Assembly: GCA_036149055.1 (NCBI GenBank)
Contig: JAYZQJ010000190.1
Location: forward strand, 1 to 50,893
Length of the DNA stretch: 50,893 nucleotides
Direction: 5' to 3'
Source: Myxococcota bacterium
GTDB taxonomy: Bacteria; Myxococcota_A; Polyangia; Polyangiales; Sandaracinaceae
In this document: positions 1-11,030 of the stretch, in pieces
Layout of the letters: every line of letters begins with the position of its first letter
How positions within the stretch are numbered: the first letter of the stretch is position 1
Position numbers and translations under genes: made by a program
Notes under the pieces: model-generated
What the model was told of the DNA's origin: nothing
What the model saw: only the letters and a program-made list of their open reading frames with translations
Databases searched by the model: none

Positions 1-234
1 CGAGACCGACTCCGAGACCGACTCCGAGACCGACTCCGAGACCGACTCCGAGACCGACTCCGAGTCCGAGACCGACTCCGAGTCCGAGACCGACTCCGAG
101 TCCGAGACCGACTCCGAGACCGACTCCGAGACCGACTCCGAGACCGACTCCGAGACCGACTCCGAGACCGACTCCGAGACCGACTCCGAGACCGACTCCG
201 ACTCCGACTCCGACTCCGACACCGACTCCGAGAC
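1..234 (+). repeat. Coding minisatellite (GAGACCGACTCC)n encoding (ETDS)n
   Basis: Directly visible 12-bp tandem repeat with 6-bp GAGTCC/GACTCC variants. Confidence 0.95.
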
Positions 235-2188
235 CGCCGGCCTCGAGGCCGGATTCGAGCTCGACAGCGAGGCGAGCCTCGAGACCGGCTTCGAGCTCGA
301 GCACGACGCCGGAGGGCCCGAGGACGGGTACGAGCCGGCCGTCCAGGCGGGGGCTGACGCTCAGGTCGGCGCGGGTTTCTCGCCGGGCTCCGCTCTCGAG
401 GCCGAGGCCACGATCGAGCCTGCCGTCCACGGGCCCGCTGCCGAGACCGTCGATTCTGAGGTCGAGTCTGGTTTCTCGCCGGGCTCCGATTCGGTGGGGG
501 GGCAGGCCGCGTTCGACTCTGCCGTTCACGAGGCGGGCGTCGATTCCGAGGTCGAGTCTGGTTTCTCGCCGGACTCCGGCTCGGGGGCCGTTTCGCAGGG
601 CGCGTTCGACTCTGCCGTTCACGAGGCGAGCGTCGATTCCGAGGTCGAGTCTGGCTTCACGCCGGGCTCCGGTTCGGGGTCCGTTTCGCAGGGCGCGTTC
701 GACTCTGCCGTTCAGGACGCGGGCGTCGATTCCGAGGTCGAGTCTGGTTTCTCGCCGGACTCCGGTGCGGGGGCCGTCTCGCAGGGCGCGTTCGACTCTG
801 CCGTTCAGGAGGCGGGCGTCGATTCCGAGGTCGAGTCTGGCTTCACGCCGGGCTCCGGTTCGGGGTCCGTTTCGCAGGGCGCGTTCGACTCTGCCGTGCA
901 CGAGGCGGTCGATTCTCAGGTCGGGTCTGGCTTCGCGCCGGGCTCCGTTTCCGCGCCGGAGGTCCACCAGGCCGGCGCCGAGACGGCGGCTGATTCTCGG
1001 GAAGAGTCGGAGCTCGCGCCGGGCTCCGCTCTCGAGGCCGAGGCCACGGTCGAGCCGGCTTTCCAGGAGACGGGCCCCGAGGCGAAGGTCGAGTCTCCGG
1101 TCGGCTCTGGCTTCTCGCCCGGCTCCGATTCCGAGGGCGCGTTCGAGCCCGCCGTCGACGAAGCCGGCGCCGAGACTCCGTTTGATTCTCCGGTCGACTC
1201 TGGGTTCTCCGAGCCGGCCGTTCACGAGGCCGGCGCCCAGCTGGCGGCGGATTCTCGGGTCGAGCCGGAGCTCTCGCTGGGCTCCAGCCCCGGAGCGGGC
1301 ACCCGGCCCGACGTCGGGGCCGCTTCCGGCGTCGACTCGGCCTCCGAGCTCGAACCTGCCTCCGGAATCCCCGGCGCGGCCGAGGTCGTCGAGGCGGGGT
1401 CCTCGCCCGAGTCGTTCGACGGGGGCTCGCCTCTCGCGTTCGACGCCGCCGACTCGGGCCTCGGGAGCGACGCGTGGCGCGCCAGGGGCGAATCGCCCGC
1501 GATCGAGAGCGAGTGGTCCGGCCCGGGGCTCGAGGACCGGGCCGTCGATTCCGAGGTGGACGATGCGCCGGCATCGGAGTCCGTGCTCGACACGGCTCCA
1601 GACTTCGAGCCGGAGCGCGCGGTCGGAGCCGCCACGGCGCACGGGTCGTCCGGAGCGGAAGGCGCCGACGCGCCGCCGTGGTCTGGCGGTGGGGAGCCGT
1701 TCGCCGGGGCTGCGGTCGACGATGGCCCGGAGCCGGGGCGCGAGCCCGGGCCACCGAGCGCTCGGGACCCGTGGGCGTCGGAAGACGCGGCCACACCGCG
1801 GTCGGTCCTCGAGACGGAGGACGACCTCGAGCAGGCCGCCGGCCTCGCCACCGGGGACGCGAGCCGGGGCGCGGACGCGTGGACGCACGAGCCGACCCCC
1901 GAGCCCACGACGGTCTCGTCGGGCCGGACGGTGGTCGCCGGGCGCGCCGCCGCGCGCGACGCCGAGGACCGGGCTCCGGTGGTGGTCGTGGGCCGTCGCC
2001 AGGAGCCGAAGGGCGCGGACCCCGGCGTGGTCGTGACCGGACGCCCGTCGAGCGAGGTCGTCGAGCCGACGCGCAGGGTCGTGGTCGTCGACCCGAGCAC
2101 CACACGCGGCGCTGGCGGAGAGCTTGACCCCGACCACGACTCCGGTATGAACGGCGGCCCCGGCGACGAAGAGGAGCCGCCCACGTGA
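1..2188 (+). CDS. 5'-truncated CDS: acidic low-complexity C-terminal region of a probable segregation/condensation protein A (ScpA)
   Basis: The frame of ORF 494..2188 is open from position 2 (ETDS repeats) with no stop. Its stop overlaps the scpB start (GTGA). The ScpA identity is inferred only from the usual scpA-scpB gene order; no ScpA domain lies in the window. Confidence 0.55.
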   Translation, partial: ETDSETDSETDSETDSETDSESETDSESETDSESETDSETDSETDSETDSETDSETDSETDSETDSDSDSDSDTDSETAGLEAGFELDSEASLETGFELEHDAGGPEDGYEPAVQAGADAQVGAGFSPGSALEAEATIEPAVHGPAAETVDSEVESGFSPGSDSVGGQAAFDSAVHEAGVDSEVESGFSPDSGSGAVSQGAFDSAVHEASVDSEVESGFTPGSGSGSVSQGAFDSAVQDAGVDSEVESGFSPDSGAGAVSQGAFDSAVQEAGVDSEVESGFTPGSGSGSVSQGAFDSAVHEAVDSQVGSGFAPGSVSAPEVHQAGAETAADSREESELAPGSALEAEATVEPAFQETGPEAKVESPVGSGFSPGSDSEGAFEPAVDEAGAETPFDSPVDSGFSEPAVHEAGAQLAADSRVEPELSLGSSPGAGTRPDVGAASGVDSASELEPASGIPGAAEVVEAGSSPESFDGGSPLAFDAADSGLGSDAWRARGESPAIESEWSGPGLEDRAVDSEVDDAPASESVLDTAPDFEPERAVGAATAHGSSGAEGADAPPWSGGGEPFAGAAVDDGPEPGREPGPPSARDPWASEDAATPRSVLETEDDLEQAAGLATGDASRGADAWTHEPTPEPTTVSSGRTVVAGRAAARDAEDRAPVVVVGRRQEPKGADPGVVVTGRPSSEVVEPTRRVVVVDPSTTRGAGGELDPDHDSGMNGGPGDEEEPPT
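450..950 (+). repeat. 93-bp (31-aa) coding tandem repeat, about 5 copies
   Basis: GACTCTGCCGT recurs at 515, 608, 701, 794 and 887. The unit is [31 protein letters not shown], with alternating [12 protein letters not shown] variants. Confidence 0.9.
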
Positions 2189-3909
2189 GCAAGTCGCGAC
2201 GCAAGAGCCGCTCGAAGAAGAAGCGCGAGGAAGAGCGCGAGGCCGAGGAACCCTCGACCGCCGGCGAGCACGAGCGCGACGACACGGAGGCGTCCGGCGC
2301 CGCCGACGACCTCCCCGCGGCCGACGAGACCGAGCTCGACGAGTCGGACGAAGAGGCCGACGGGCCCGACGCCGACGAGCCCGACCAGGACGCGGACGGC
2401 GACGAGTCCGAAGACGACGAGCCCGAAGACGACGAGTCCGAAGACGACGAGTCCGAAGACGACGAGTCCGAAGACGACGAGTCCGAAGACGACGAGCCCG
2501 AAGACGACGAGCCCGAAGACGACGAGTCCGAAGGGGACGACGAGTCCGAAGGGGACGACGAGTCCGAAGGGGACGACGAGTCCGAAGGGGACGACGAGTC
2601 CGAAGGGGACGACGGGTCCGAAGGGGACGACGAGTCCGACGACGACGAGCAGTCCGACGACGACGAAGACGACGCGGACGACGACCAGTCCGACGGCGAC
2701 GAAGAGGGCGACGGCGCCCAGTCCGACGAGGCGGACTCGGATTCGGACTCGGATTCGGACTCGGATTCGGATTCGGACTCGGATTCGGACTCGGACTCGG
2801 ATTCGGACTCGGATTCGGATTCGGACGAGGGCGAAGACGAGGATTCGGACGACGAAGACGGAGGCGAGGCTCCTCTCCCCGGCTCCGACTCCGAGAAGGG
2901 CCCCGGCCTCGAGAAGGCGCGCCCCGGCTCGGTCAGCGAGGCCCACCTCAAGACGGTGCTGGAGTCGCTGATCTTCGTCTCGGACAAGCCCGTCCCGGCG
3001 CGGCGCCTGGCTCGGGTGGCCCGGGCGAAGACCGCCGACGTCCGCAAGCTCTGCACGCAGATCATGGCCGACTACGAGCCGCGAGGGATTCACCTCGTGG
3101 AGCTGGCCGGCGGCTACCAGTTCCGCTCGAGCCCGGCGAACGCGCCGTTCGTGCGCGAGATCGTCGCCCAGAAGCCCATCCGGCTGACCCGCGCGCAGCT
3201 CGAGACCCTCGCCATCGCCGCCTACCGGCAGCCGCTGACGCGCCCGGAGCTCGAGGAGATCCGCGGCGTGGACTCCGGCTCGGCGCTCAAGGTGCTGCTC
3301 GACCGCGGGGTGCTGAAGATCCTCGGCCGCAAGGACGAGCCGGGCCGCCCGCTGCTCTACGGGACGACGCCGTTCTTCCTCGAGTTCTTCGGGCTCAACA
3401 GCCTCGACGAGCTGCCGACGCTGAAGGAGTTCTCCGAGCTCACCGAGGAGAGCCGGGCGCTCTTCGCGCGCAAGACCGGTGAGGACATCGAGTCGATCGC
3501 GGACATCGAGGTGCCGGACCGCGCCTGGGAGGACGAGGACGATTCGGACGACGACGAGGATTCGGAGGAGGGCGACTCCGACTCCGACTCCGAGACCGAC
3601 TCCGAGACCGACTCCGAGACCGACTCCGACTCCGAGACCGACTCCGATTCCGAGACCGACTCCGATTCCGAGACCGACTCCGATTCCGAGACCGACTCCG
3701 AGACCGACTCCGACTCCGAGACCGACTCCGACTCCGAGACCGACTCCGACTCCGACGAGCTCGAAGAGGACGAGAACGACGAGCCCGAGCAGGACGAGCC
3801 CGAGCGGGACGAGCTCGACGAGGACGAGCAGGACGAGCTCGACGAGGACGAGGAAGACGAGCTCGACGAGGACGACTGGGAGTCCGAGCCGGACGACTCG
3901 GAGGAGTAG
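2185..3909 (+). CDS. scpB: SMC-Scp complex subunit ScpB with long acidic N- and C-terminal tails
   Basis: Core motifs [44 protein letters not shown] and [31 protein letters not shown]. Confidence 0.95.
   Translation: MSKSRRKSRSKKKREEEREAEEPSTAGEHERDDTEASGAADDLPAADETELDESDEEADGPDADEPDQDADGDESEDDEPEDDESEDDESEDDESEDDESEDDEPEDDEPEDDESEGDDESEGDDESEGDDESEGDDESEGDDGSEGDDESDDDEQSDDDEDDADDDQSDGDEEGDGAQSDEADSDSDSDSDSDSDSDSDSDSDSDSDSDSDSDEGEDEDSDDEDGGEAPLPGSDSEKGPGLEKARPGSVSEAHLKTVLESLIFVSDKPVPARRLARVARAKTADVRKLCTQIMADYEPRGIHLVELAGGYQFRSSPANAPFVREIVAQKPIRLTRAQLETLAIAAYRQPLTRPELEEIRGVDSGSALKVLLDRGVLKILGRKDEPGRPLLYGTTPFFLEFFGLNSLDELPTLKEFSELTEESRALFARKTGEDIESIADIEVPDRAWEDEDDSDDDEDSEEGDSDSDSETDSETDSETDSDSETDSDSETDSDSETDSDSETDSETDSDSETDSDSETDSDSDELEEDENDEPEQDEPERDELDEDEQDELDEDEEDELDEDDWESEPDDSEE
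2401..2826 (+). repeat. Coding tandem repeats in the ScpB N-terminal tail (DESED 15 bp, DDESEG 18 bp, DS 6 bp)
   Basis: Directly visible (GACGAGTCCGAAGAC)n, (GACGACGAGTCCGAAGGG)n and (GAYTCG)n. Confidence 0.9.
3574..3756 (+). repeat. Coding minisatellite (DSET/DS)n in the ScpB C-terminal tail
   Basis: Same GAGACCGACTCC unit as at 1-234. Confidence 0.9.
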
Positions 3910-3958
3910 GGCGGACGCGTTGGACTCCGCGGGAGCGGGGTGTTAGGAGCCGACCACG

Positions 3959-4894
3959 ATGACGTTCCAGGAGCTCATCCTCGCGCTGTCGCGGTTCTGG
4001 GCCGAGCGCGGTTGCCTCGTGGTGCAGCCGTACAACTCGGAGGTCGGGGCGGGGACCTTCAACCCGAACACCTTCCTGCGGGCCATCGGGCCCGAGCCCT
4101 GGAACGTGTCGTACGTCGAGCCGTCCCGGCGGCCGACCGACGGGCGCTACGGGGACAACCCCAACCGGCTGCAGCAGTTTCACCAGTTCCAGGTGATCCT
4201 CAAGCCGGCGCCGCTCGACATCCAGCAGCTCTACCTCGACTCGCTCACCGCGATCGGGACCGATCCGGATCAGCACGACATCCGCTTCATCGAGGACGAC
4301 TGGGAGTCGCCGACGCTCGGCGCCTGGGGCCTCGGGTGGCAGGTCTGGCTGGACGGGCTCGAGATCAGCCAGTTCACCTACTTCCAGCAAGTCGGCGGCA
4401 TCGACTGCAAGCCGATCAGCGGCGAGCTCACCTACGGGCTCGAGCGCATCGCGATGTACCTGCAGGACGTCGACGACGTCTACGATCTCGAGTACGCGCC
4501 CGGCGTGCGCTACGGCGAGCTCTTCCGGCGCAGCGAGTGGGAGTGGAGCACCTACAACTTCGAGAAGGCGGAGGTGCCGCTGCACTTCCAGCTCTTCGAC
4601 GAGTACGAGGCGCAGTGCCGCAAGCTCGTCGGCGTCTCGGAGAAGAAGGGCAAGGGCGGCAAGCTGGTCTGGGAGATCGAGGACCCGAAGGCCCGCCTGG
4701 TGCTGCCCGCCTACGACTGCGTCATCAAGTGCAGTCACTACTTCAACGTGCTCGACGCGCGCGGCGCGATCAGCGTCACCGAGCGCCAGCGCTTCATCGG
4801 CCGCGTCCGACACCTCGCCCGCGCCGTGAGCGAGGCCTACCTCGCCCAGCGTGAGGCGCTCGGGTTCCCCCTGCTCCAGGGAGGTGCGTCGTGA
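3959..4894 (+). CDS. glyQ: Glycine--tRNA ligase alpha subunit
   Basis: [53 protein letters not shown] and [19 protein letters not shown] upstream. Confidence 0.98.
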   Translation: MTFQELILALSRFWAERGCLVVQPYNSEVGAGTFNPNTFLRAIGPEPWNVSYVEPSRRPTDGRYGDNPNRLQQFHQFQVILKPAPLDIQQLYLDSLTAIGTDPDQHDIRFIEDDWESPTLGAWGLGWQVWLDGLEISQFTYFQQVGGIDCKPISGELTYGLERIAMYLQDVDDVYDLEYAPGVRYGELFRRSEWEWSTYNFEKAEVPLHFQLFDEYEAQCRKLVGVSEKKGKGGKLVWEIEDPKARLVLPAYDCVIKCSHYFNVLDARGAISVTERQRFIGRVRHLARAVSEAYLAQREALGFPLLQGGAS

Positions 4895-6951
4895 GCCGCA
4901 CGCTGCTGTTCGAGATCGGCCTCGAGGAGCTGCCCGCGTCGTTCGTCGACGGGGCGCTCGCCGCGATGCCGAAGCTGGCCGAGGACCTGCTCGCCCGGGA
5001 GCGCCTGGGCCACGGCGCGATCCGCGCGCTCGGGACGCCCCGGCGGCTGACCCTCGTCGTCGAGGCGCTCGCCGAGACGCAGACCGACCTCGCGGAGGTC
5101 GTCACCGGGCCCCCGAAGGCGGCCGCGTTCGAGGCGGACGGCACCCCGAAGAAGGCCGCGATCGGCTTCGCCAAGAAGCTCGGCCTCGAGGTCGACCAGC
5201 TCTTCGTCGAGGAGACGGACAAGGGCCCGTACGTCGCCGGCAAGCGCGAGGAGAAGGGCAAGCCGGCGGCCGAGGTGCTGCCGGGGCTGCTCGAGGAGCT
5301 GACGCGCAAGATCCCGTTCCCCAAGTCGATGCGCTGGGGCGACGGCGAGCACGCCTTCGGGCGCCCGGTGCACTGGATCGTCTGCCTCTTCGGCGCCGAC
5401 GTGGTGCCGCTCTCGCTCCTCGGGGCGTCGAGCGGGCGCGAGACGCGCGGCCATCGGTTCCTCGCCCCCGACACCTTCGCCCTCGACGGGGCCGACGGCT
5501 ACGTCGACGCGCTGCGCGGCGCCCACGTGCTGGTCGACCCCGAGGAGCGGACGCGCGTGATGCGCGAGCGCCTCGAGGCGGCGGCGGCCGAGGCCGGCGG
5601 GCGCATGGTCGACGACGCCTTCCTGATCCGCGAGAACGCCACGCTCGTCGAGGAGCCGCACGTGATCTGCGGCCACTTCGACGAGGCGTTCCTCGCGCTC
5701 CCCGACGAGGTGACCATCGAGGTGATGCGCGGCCACCAGCGCTACTTCGCGCTGCGCACGGCGGACGGGAAGCTCCTGCCGCGCTACCTCGCGGTCACCA
5801 ACACCGATCGCGCGCCCGAGATCATCACCAAGGGCAACGACCGGGTGCTGAAGGCGCGGCTCGCGGACGGTCGCTTCTTCGTCGACGAGGATCTCGACCG
5901 CACGCTCGAGTCGATGGTCCCCGGCCTCGATCAGGTCGTCTTCCAGGCGAAGCTGGGCACGCTCGGCGAGCGCGTGAAGCGGCTGGCGGCCGTCGTGACG
6001 GAGCTGGGCGACGAGGGCCCGGCGGCGGAGGCGGCGCGGCTCTGCAAGGCGGACCTGGTCAGCCTCATCATCGGCGAGTTCCCGGAGCTCCAGGGCATGA
6101 TGGGCCGCTGGTACGCGCTGAAGCAGGGCGTGGATCCGGAGGTCGCGGACGCCATCCAGGATCACTACCTCCCGCGCGGCGCCAGCGACGACGTGCCCTC
6201 GAGCGTGGCCTCGGCGCGGCTGGCGGTGGCCGATCGCGCCGACGCGCTCGTCGGCTGCTTCGGCATCGGCCTCGTGCCGAGCGGGAGCGCCGACCCCTTC
6301 GCGCTCCGGCGCGCGACCATCGGCGTCCTGCGCATCGCGCTCGAGGGCCCGATCGACGTCGACGTCCGGCGCACCCTCGCGGCGGCCCACGCGGCCTACC
6401 GCGCGCAGGACAAGCCGGTGAAGGACGAGGCCGAGGTGCTCTCGGCGCTCGACGAGTTCTTCCGCGGCCGGCTGCGCGCCTTCCTCACGGACCGCCACCC
6501 GACCGATCTGGTCGACGCCTGCCTCGGCGCCTGGGACGGCGGCTCGCTCCGCGATCTCAAGGCCCGCCTCGACGCGCTCGAGGCGTTCCGGGCGCTGCCC
6601 GCGTACGAGGCGCTCGCGGTCGCCTTCAAGCGCGCCTACAACATCGCCAAGGACGTGAAGGAGACCGAGGTCGATGGCGCGCTGCTGCAGGAGGACGCCG
6701 AGAAGGCGCTCGCCGAGCGCTGGGCCGCGGTCGAGCCGAAGGTCCGCGAGGCGACGGCGGGCGGCGACTACCGGTCGGCCCTCACCCTCGTCGCGGAGGA
6801 GCTGCGCGAGCCGATCGACCGCTTCTTCGACGAGGTCTTCGTGATGGTCGAGGACGAGTCGATCCGGAACAACCGGCTCCGCCTGCTCGCCTCGATCGCG
6901 CACACGCTCACCTCCATCGCGCACTTCCACCTGCTCGGCGGACAGGGCTGA
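4891..6951 (+). CDS. glyS: Glycine--tRNA ligase beta subunit
   Basis: [47 protein letters not shown] and [15 protein letters not shown]; overlaps the glyQ stop. Confidence 0.97.
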   Translation: MSRTLLFEIGLEELPASFVDGALAAMPKLAEDLLARERLGHGAIRALGTPRRLTLVVEALAETQTDLAEVVTGPPKAAAFEADGTPKKAAIGFAKKLGLEVDQLFVEETDKGPYVAGKREEKGKPAAEVLPGLLEELTRKIPFPKSMRWGDGEHAFGRPVHWIVCLFGADVVPLSLLGASSGRETRGHRFLAPDTFALDGADGYVDALRGAHVLVDPEERTRVMRERLEAAAAEAGGRMVDDAFLIRENATLVEEPHVICGHFDEAFLALPDEVTIEVMRGHQRYFALRTADGKLLPRYLAVTNTDRAPEIITKGNDRVLKARLADGRFFVDEDLDRTLESMVPGLDQVVFQAKLGTLGERVKRLAAVVTELGDEGPAAEAARLCKADLVSLIIGEFPELQGMMGRWYALKQGVDPEVADAIQDHYLPRGASDDVPSSVASARLAVADRADALVGCFGIGLVPSGSADPFALRRATIGVLRIALEGPIDVDVRRTLAAAHAAYRAQDKPVKDEAEVLSALDEFFRGRLRAFLTDRHPTDLVDACLGAWDGGSLRDLKARLDALEAFRALPAYEALAVAFKRAYNIAKDVKETEVDGALLQEDAEKALAERWAAVEPKVREATAGGDYRSALTLVAEELREPIDRFFDEVFVMVEDESIRNNRLRLLASIAHTLTSIAHFHLLGGQG

Positions 6952-6954
6952 GCC

Positions 6955-9105
6955 GTGGGCGCCCTCGGGCTCGTCCACCGCTTCTCGGAGCCGCTCCCGC
7001 TCGACGGCGCCCAGGCCCGCCGCTGGATCGGGGGCAAGGGCGCGTCGCTCGCCGAGATGACGCGGATGGGGCTCCCGGTGCCTCCCGGCTTCACGCTCTC
7101 GACCGAGGTCTGGAAGCGCTTCACCGCGGACGGGGCGCTCCCGGCCGGGCTCGACGCGCGGCTCCGGGCCGAGGTGGAGGCGCTCGGCGAGACGGTCGGC
7201 GCGCGCTTCGGTGATCCCGACCGGCCGCTGCTGCTCGCGGTGCGCTCCGGCGGGCCGACCTCGATGCCGGGCATGCTCGACACGGTGCTCGACGTCGGCG
7301 TGAACGGCGCGGTCTCGCGCGGGCTCTCGGCGAAGTTCGGCCAGGCGCGGTTCGGCCGCGACGTGCGGCGCCGCTTCCTGGAGTCGTACGCGACCGTCGC
7401 GCTCGGGGTGCCGCGGGACGCGTTCGACGCGCTCTCGGGCCGCCGCGCCATCCACGCCCTCGACGAGAACGCGCTCGACGCGCTCATCGTCGAGTACGAG
7501 CGCATGATCGCGCACGAGGTCGGCGAGTCGATCCCGGACGACCCGTGGGCGCAGCTGACGGGCGCGGTCGAGGGCGTGCTCCGCTCCTGGGGCGCCCCGC
7601 GCGCGCAGAAGTACCGCGAGGCGCACGGCATCTCGGACGACGAGGGCACCGGCGTGACCATCCAGGCGATGGTCTTCGGCAACCTCGGCGACGGATCCGG
7701 CTCGGGCGTCGTGTTCACCCGCAACCCTTCGACGGGGGACAAGGCGCTGTTCGGGGAGTGGCTGCCCGACGCGCAGGGCGAGGACGTCGTCGGCGGGCGC
7801 CGCACGCCGCGCCCGCTGACCCAGGCCCAGGTGCGCCGAGGCATGGAGGACGACAGCCTCGAGACGGCCATGCCCACCGTGTTCGAGCAGCTCGCGGGGC
7901 TCGGGGTGCGGCTCGAGGAGCGCTACGGCGACGCCCAGGACGTGGAGATCACCGTGGAGCGCGGCGCGCTCTGGGTCCTGCAGACCCGGTCGGCCAAGCG
8001 CAGCGCCCGGGCCGCGGCCCGGATCGCGGTGGAGATGCACGAGGAGGGGCTGCTCGACCAGCGCGAGGCGCTCGGGCGGATCGAGCCCTCGAGCCTCCGT
8101 CAGCTCCTGACGCCGCGCCTGCCGGATCCGCAGGCCCTCTCCGAGGGCGGGCTCGTCCCGGTGGCGCGCGGTCTGGCGGCGAGCCCCGGCGCCGCGACCG
8201 GACAGATCGTCTTCGACTCGGAGGCGGCCGAGCGGGCCGCCGCCGGCGAGGAGCTGATCCTCGTCCGGGCCGAGACGAGCGCCGAGGACGTCGAGACGAT
8301 GCGCCTCGTGCACGGCATCCTGACGGCGGCCGGCGGCCTGACCAGCCACGCCGCGGTCGTCGCGCGCGCGATCGGCAAGCCCTGCGTCACCGGCGCGACC
8401 AGCCTCCACGTCGACTACGGGCGGCGCACGGTGATCGCGCGCAGCCCGCAGTTCTCCGGGCTCGAGCTCCCGGAGGGCAGCGTCATCACGATCGACGGCG
8501 CCCGCGGGCTCGTCTACGCGGCCGCGGTGCCGGTCGAGCCGGCGCCCGCCTCCCCCCACGTCGAGACCCTGCTCGCCTGGGCCGACGCCTCCCGCACCGC
8601 CGGCGTCTGGGCCCGCGCGTCCAGCCCGCGGCTCGCGCAGGTCGGCCGGAGCTTCGGCGCCGACGGCGTCGCGGTGACCGGGTGCCTCGAGATCCCGGCG
8701 CTCCTCGAGGCCGCGGGAGAGCTGCCGCTGGCGATCCGCGTCGACGCGGAGGCCGAGCTGGCCCAGATCACCGGGCTGCGCCCTCGCGACTGCGTGGTGG
8801 TGGCCCCGGCGCTGATCGAGGCGGCCCGCGGGCTGGGCGTGCCGGTGTTCGCGCGGGTGAGCCCCGGCGAGAGCGCGGGCGGCGCGGACGGGCTCTGGAT
8901 CGATCTCGACGGCGCCGCGTCGGTCGACGCCCTCTGCGCCCAGGAGCTGCCCTCCGAGCTGCCCGTCCTCCTGCACGGCGAGGAGGCGACCCGGCCGGAG
9001 GTGCTCGGCTGGTGCGTCGGCCGTCAGCGCGCCGCCGCGATCGTCCCTCCGCTCGACGTGCCGGTCGGGCGGCTCGAGACCGCGCGCGCGGCGTCCCTGG
9101 CGTAA
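6955..9105 (+). CDS. ppdK: Pyruvate phosphate dikinase-like protein (ATP-grasp + phospho-His domains; C-terminal barrel short and degenerate)
   Basis: GGKGASLAEM, LPVPPGF, VRSG..SMPGMLDT, QAMVFGN, GSGVVFTRNPSTG, QGEDVVGG, LQTR and GGLTSHAAVVAR are present. The protein is 716 aa versus roughly 870-900 aa for typical PPDK. Confidence 0.75.
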   Translation: MGALGLVHRFSEPLPLDGAQARRWIGGKGASLAEMTRMGLPVPPGFTLSTEVWKRFTADGALPAGLDARLRAEVEALGETVGARFGDPDRPLLLAVRSGGPTSMPGMLDTVLDVGVNGAVSRGLSAKFGQARFGRDVRRRFLESYATVALGVPRDAFDALSGRRAIHALDENALDALIVEYERMIAHEVGESIPDDPWAQLTGAVEGVLRSWGAPRAQKYREAHGISDDEGTGVTIQAMVFGNLGDGSGSGVVFTRNPSTGDKALFGEWLPDAQGEDVVGGRRTPRPLTQAQVRRGMEDDSLETAMPTVFEQLAGLGVRLEERYGDAQDVEITVERGALWVLQTRSAKRSARAAARIAVEMHEEGLLDQREALGRIEPSSLRQLLTPRLPDPQALSEGGLVPVARGLAASPGAATGQIVFDSEAAERAAAGEELILVRAETSAEDVETMRLVHGILTAAGGLTSHAAVVARAIGKPCVTGATSLHVDYGRRTVIARSPQFSGLELPEGSVITIDGARGLVYAAAVPVEPAPASPHVETLLAWADASRTAGVWARASSPRLAQVGRSFGADGVAVTGCLEIPALLEAAGELPLAIRVDAEAELAQITGLRPRDCVVVAPALIEAARGLGVPVFARVSPGESAGGADGLWIDLDGAASVDALCAQELPSELPVLLHGEEATRPEVLGWCVGRQRAAAIVPPLDVPVGRLETARAASLA

Positions 9106-9158
9106 CGACCAAGGACGGGCGGCATAGGGGGGTCGATGAGGCGGGCCGGTCGCCGACC

Positions 9159-9187
9159 TTGACGCGGAGCCGGCGCCGACGAACCAT
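9159..9187 (+). promoter_or_regulatory. Candidate sigma70-type promoter for the kinase gene
   Basis: TTGACG-N17-AACCAT. Confidence 0.35.
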
Positions 9188-9336
9188 GTCCTCGGAATCT
9201 CGGCCTCGTGCTGAATTCCGCTGCGCGGGGGGAGCGCGACTGTGTCACCATTCGCAGAGGGTCAGCGTCGGAGCGGACCGACCGTTCGTCTGCGGCGTAC
9301 GGAAGCCCCCCGGCTTCCACGAGATGGGCGAGATCG

Positions 9337-10989
9337 ATGAGTGAAGGCGCACCGATGACCAGCAGCGACCACCTCCGGCTGGTCGATCCTCCCGAGGAGC
9401 CGGTGGATCCGCTGATCGGGCAGACCATCGACGGCCGCTACATGATCGAGGGGCGCCTCGGCGAGGGCGGCATGGGCGTCGTCTACGCGACGAAGCACGT
9501 GGTGCTCGGCAAGGCGCTCGCGATGAAGGTCCTGCGGGCCGACGTCTCCAAGGACCAGGAGATCATGCAGCGCTTCCGGCAGGAGGCGCAGAGCGCCTCG
9601 GCGATCGGCAGCCAGCACATCATCGACATCAGCGACTTCGGCAAGCTCCCCGACGGCGCGACCTACTTCATCATGGAGTTCCTCGACGGCAAGGAGCTCA
9701 CCAAGGTCATCGAGGAAGAGCAGCCGATCGACCCGACCCGGCTCGCGCACGTGGCGAAGCAGCTCTGCGACGCGCTCGGCGCCGCCCACGAGCGGGGCAT
9801 CGTCCACCGCGACATGAAGCCGGACAACGTCTTCCTGGTGAAGCGCGGCAAGGACCCGGACTTCGTGAAGGTGCTCGACTTCGGCATCGCGAAGGTCGGC
9901 GGAGCCAGCAGCAAGCTCACCAAGGCGGGCCAGGTCTTCGGCACGCCGCACTACATGAGCCCGGAGCAGTGCGCGGGGCAGTCGGTCGACTCGCGGACCG
10001 ACATCTACGCGCTCGGCGTCATCCTCTACGAGCTCGCGTGCGGCAAGGTCCCGTTCGACGCCGACAACCTGATGGGCATCCTCACCAAGCACATCTACGA
10101 GCAGCCCATCCCGCTCCACCAGCTCCCGCCGCCCGTCGACGTCCCCTCGGGCCTCGAGGCGGTGATCCTCAAGTGCCTCGCGAAGAGCACCGACCAGCGC
10201 TACCAGACCATGGCCGAGGTCAAGGCGGACCTCGAGGCCTGGGAGGCGGGCCAGACGCCCGGCGCGGTCATGGACGCGGTCGACCGCAGCACCGGCGGCC
10301 ATCGCGTGGACCCGACCGGCCGGCACTCGGCGCTCCAGGTCGGCGTCGGCGGCGAGCAGCCCGAAGAGGGCAGCAAGCTCCCGATCGTGCTCGGCGCGGT
10401 GGTGGGGCTCCTGGCGCTCGTGGCCACCGGGCTGCTTGCCTACTTCCTCGTGCTCGCGCCCGAGGAGCCCGAGACGCCGCCGATCGCCAGCCAGCCGGTG
10501 ATCGAGACGCCGGTCGAAGAGGTCGAGGAGCCCGAGGAGGAGGCCGAGGTCCTCGAGACCGCCGAGGAGATGACCGAGGAGGCGGCGGCCGCGGCGCCCA
10601 AGATCCGGGTGGTCAGCGCGCCCGAGGGGGCCGAGGTCCTGCTCGTGGAGGGCGAGGACGAGATCATCCTCGGCAACACGCCCTACGAGATCGACCGACC
10701 GGAGCAGGGCACCCGCACGCGGCTGCTGCTCCGTCAGCCCGGCTACGAGGCGCAGACGATCGTCCTGTCGTACCTGACGACCGAGGAGCTGACGGTGAAC
10801 CTGCGCGAGGAGCGCCGGGCCGGCCGCCGCTCGGGTCGCAGCCGGAGCCGTAGCCGCTCGGGGGCGGCGCAGCAGCAGCCTCAGCAGGAGCAGCCGCAGC
10901 AGCAGGCCGAGCCGCAGCAGCAACAGCAGCAGCGTCAGGGGCGGAGCGGCGGCATCGGCGGCGAAGTCCTCGATCCGTGGGCGCGCTGA
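9337..10989 (+). CDS. Hanks-type Ser/Thr protein kinase with a TM helix and C-terminal PEGA-like domain
   Basis: LGEGGMGVVY, AMKVL, HRDMKPDN, KVLDFGIAK, FGTPHYMSPEQ and DIYALG; TM segment IVLGAVVGLLALVATGLLAYFLVL; VVSAPEGAEV..LGNTP. The start is ATG 9337 or 9355. Confidence 0.93.
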   Translation: MSEGAPMTSSDHLRLVDPPEEPVDPLIGQTIDGRYMIEGRLGEGGMGVVYATKHVVLGKALAMKVLRADVSKDQEIMQRFRQEAQSASAIGSQHIIDISDFGKLPDGATYFIMEFLDGKELTKVIEEEQPIDPTRLAHVAKQLCDALGAAHERGIVHRDMKPDNVFLVKRGKDPDFVKVLDFGIAKVGGASSKLTKAGQVFGTPHYMSPEQCAGQSVDSRTDIYALGVILYELACGKVPFDADNLMGILTKHIYEQPIPLHQLPPPVDVPSGLEAVILKCLAKSTDQRYQTMAEVKADLEAWEAGQTPGAVMDAVDRSTGGHRVDPTGRHSALQVGVGGEQPEEGSKLPIVLGAVVGLLALVATGLLAYFLVLAPEEPETPPIASQPVIETPVEEVEEPEEEAEVLETAEEMTEEAAAAAPKIRVVSAPEGAEVLLVEGEDEIILGNTPYEIDRPEQGTRTRLLLRQPGYEAQTIVLSYLTTEELTVNLREERRAGRRSGRSRSRSRSGAAQQQPQQEQPQQQAEPQQQQQQRQGRSGGIGGEVLDPWAR

Positions 10990-11030
10990 GCCTTGCCCGG
11001 GTAGGGGGCCTCGACTAGGTTCCCGCGACG

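Noticed and set aside
843..3093. Minus-strand poly-Ser and hydrophobic-repeat ORFs (843..3065, 1222..3093)
   Set aside because: Antisense readings of the acidic repeats; the plus frame contains the ScpB domain.
4837..8976. 1379-aa minus-strand ORF
   Set aside because: Antisense shadow of glyS and the ppdK-like gene.
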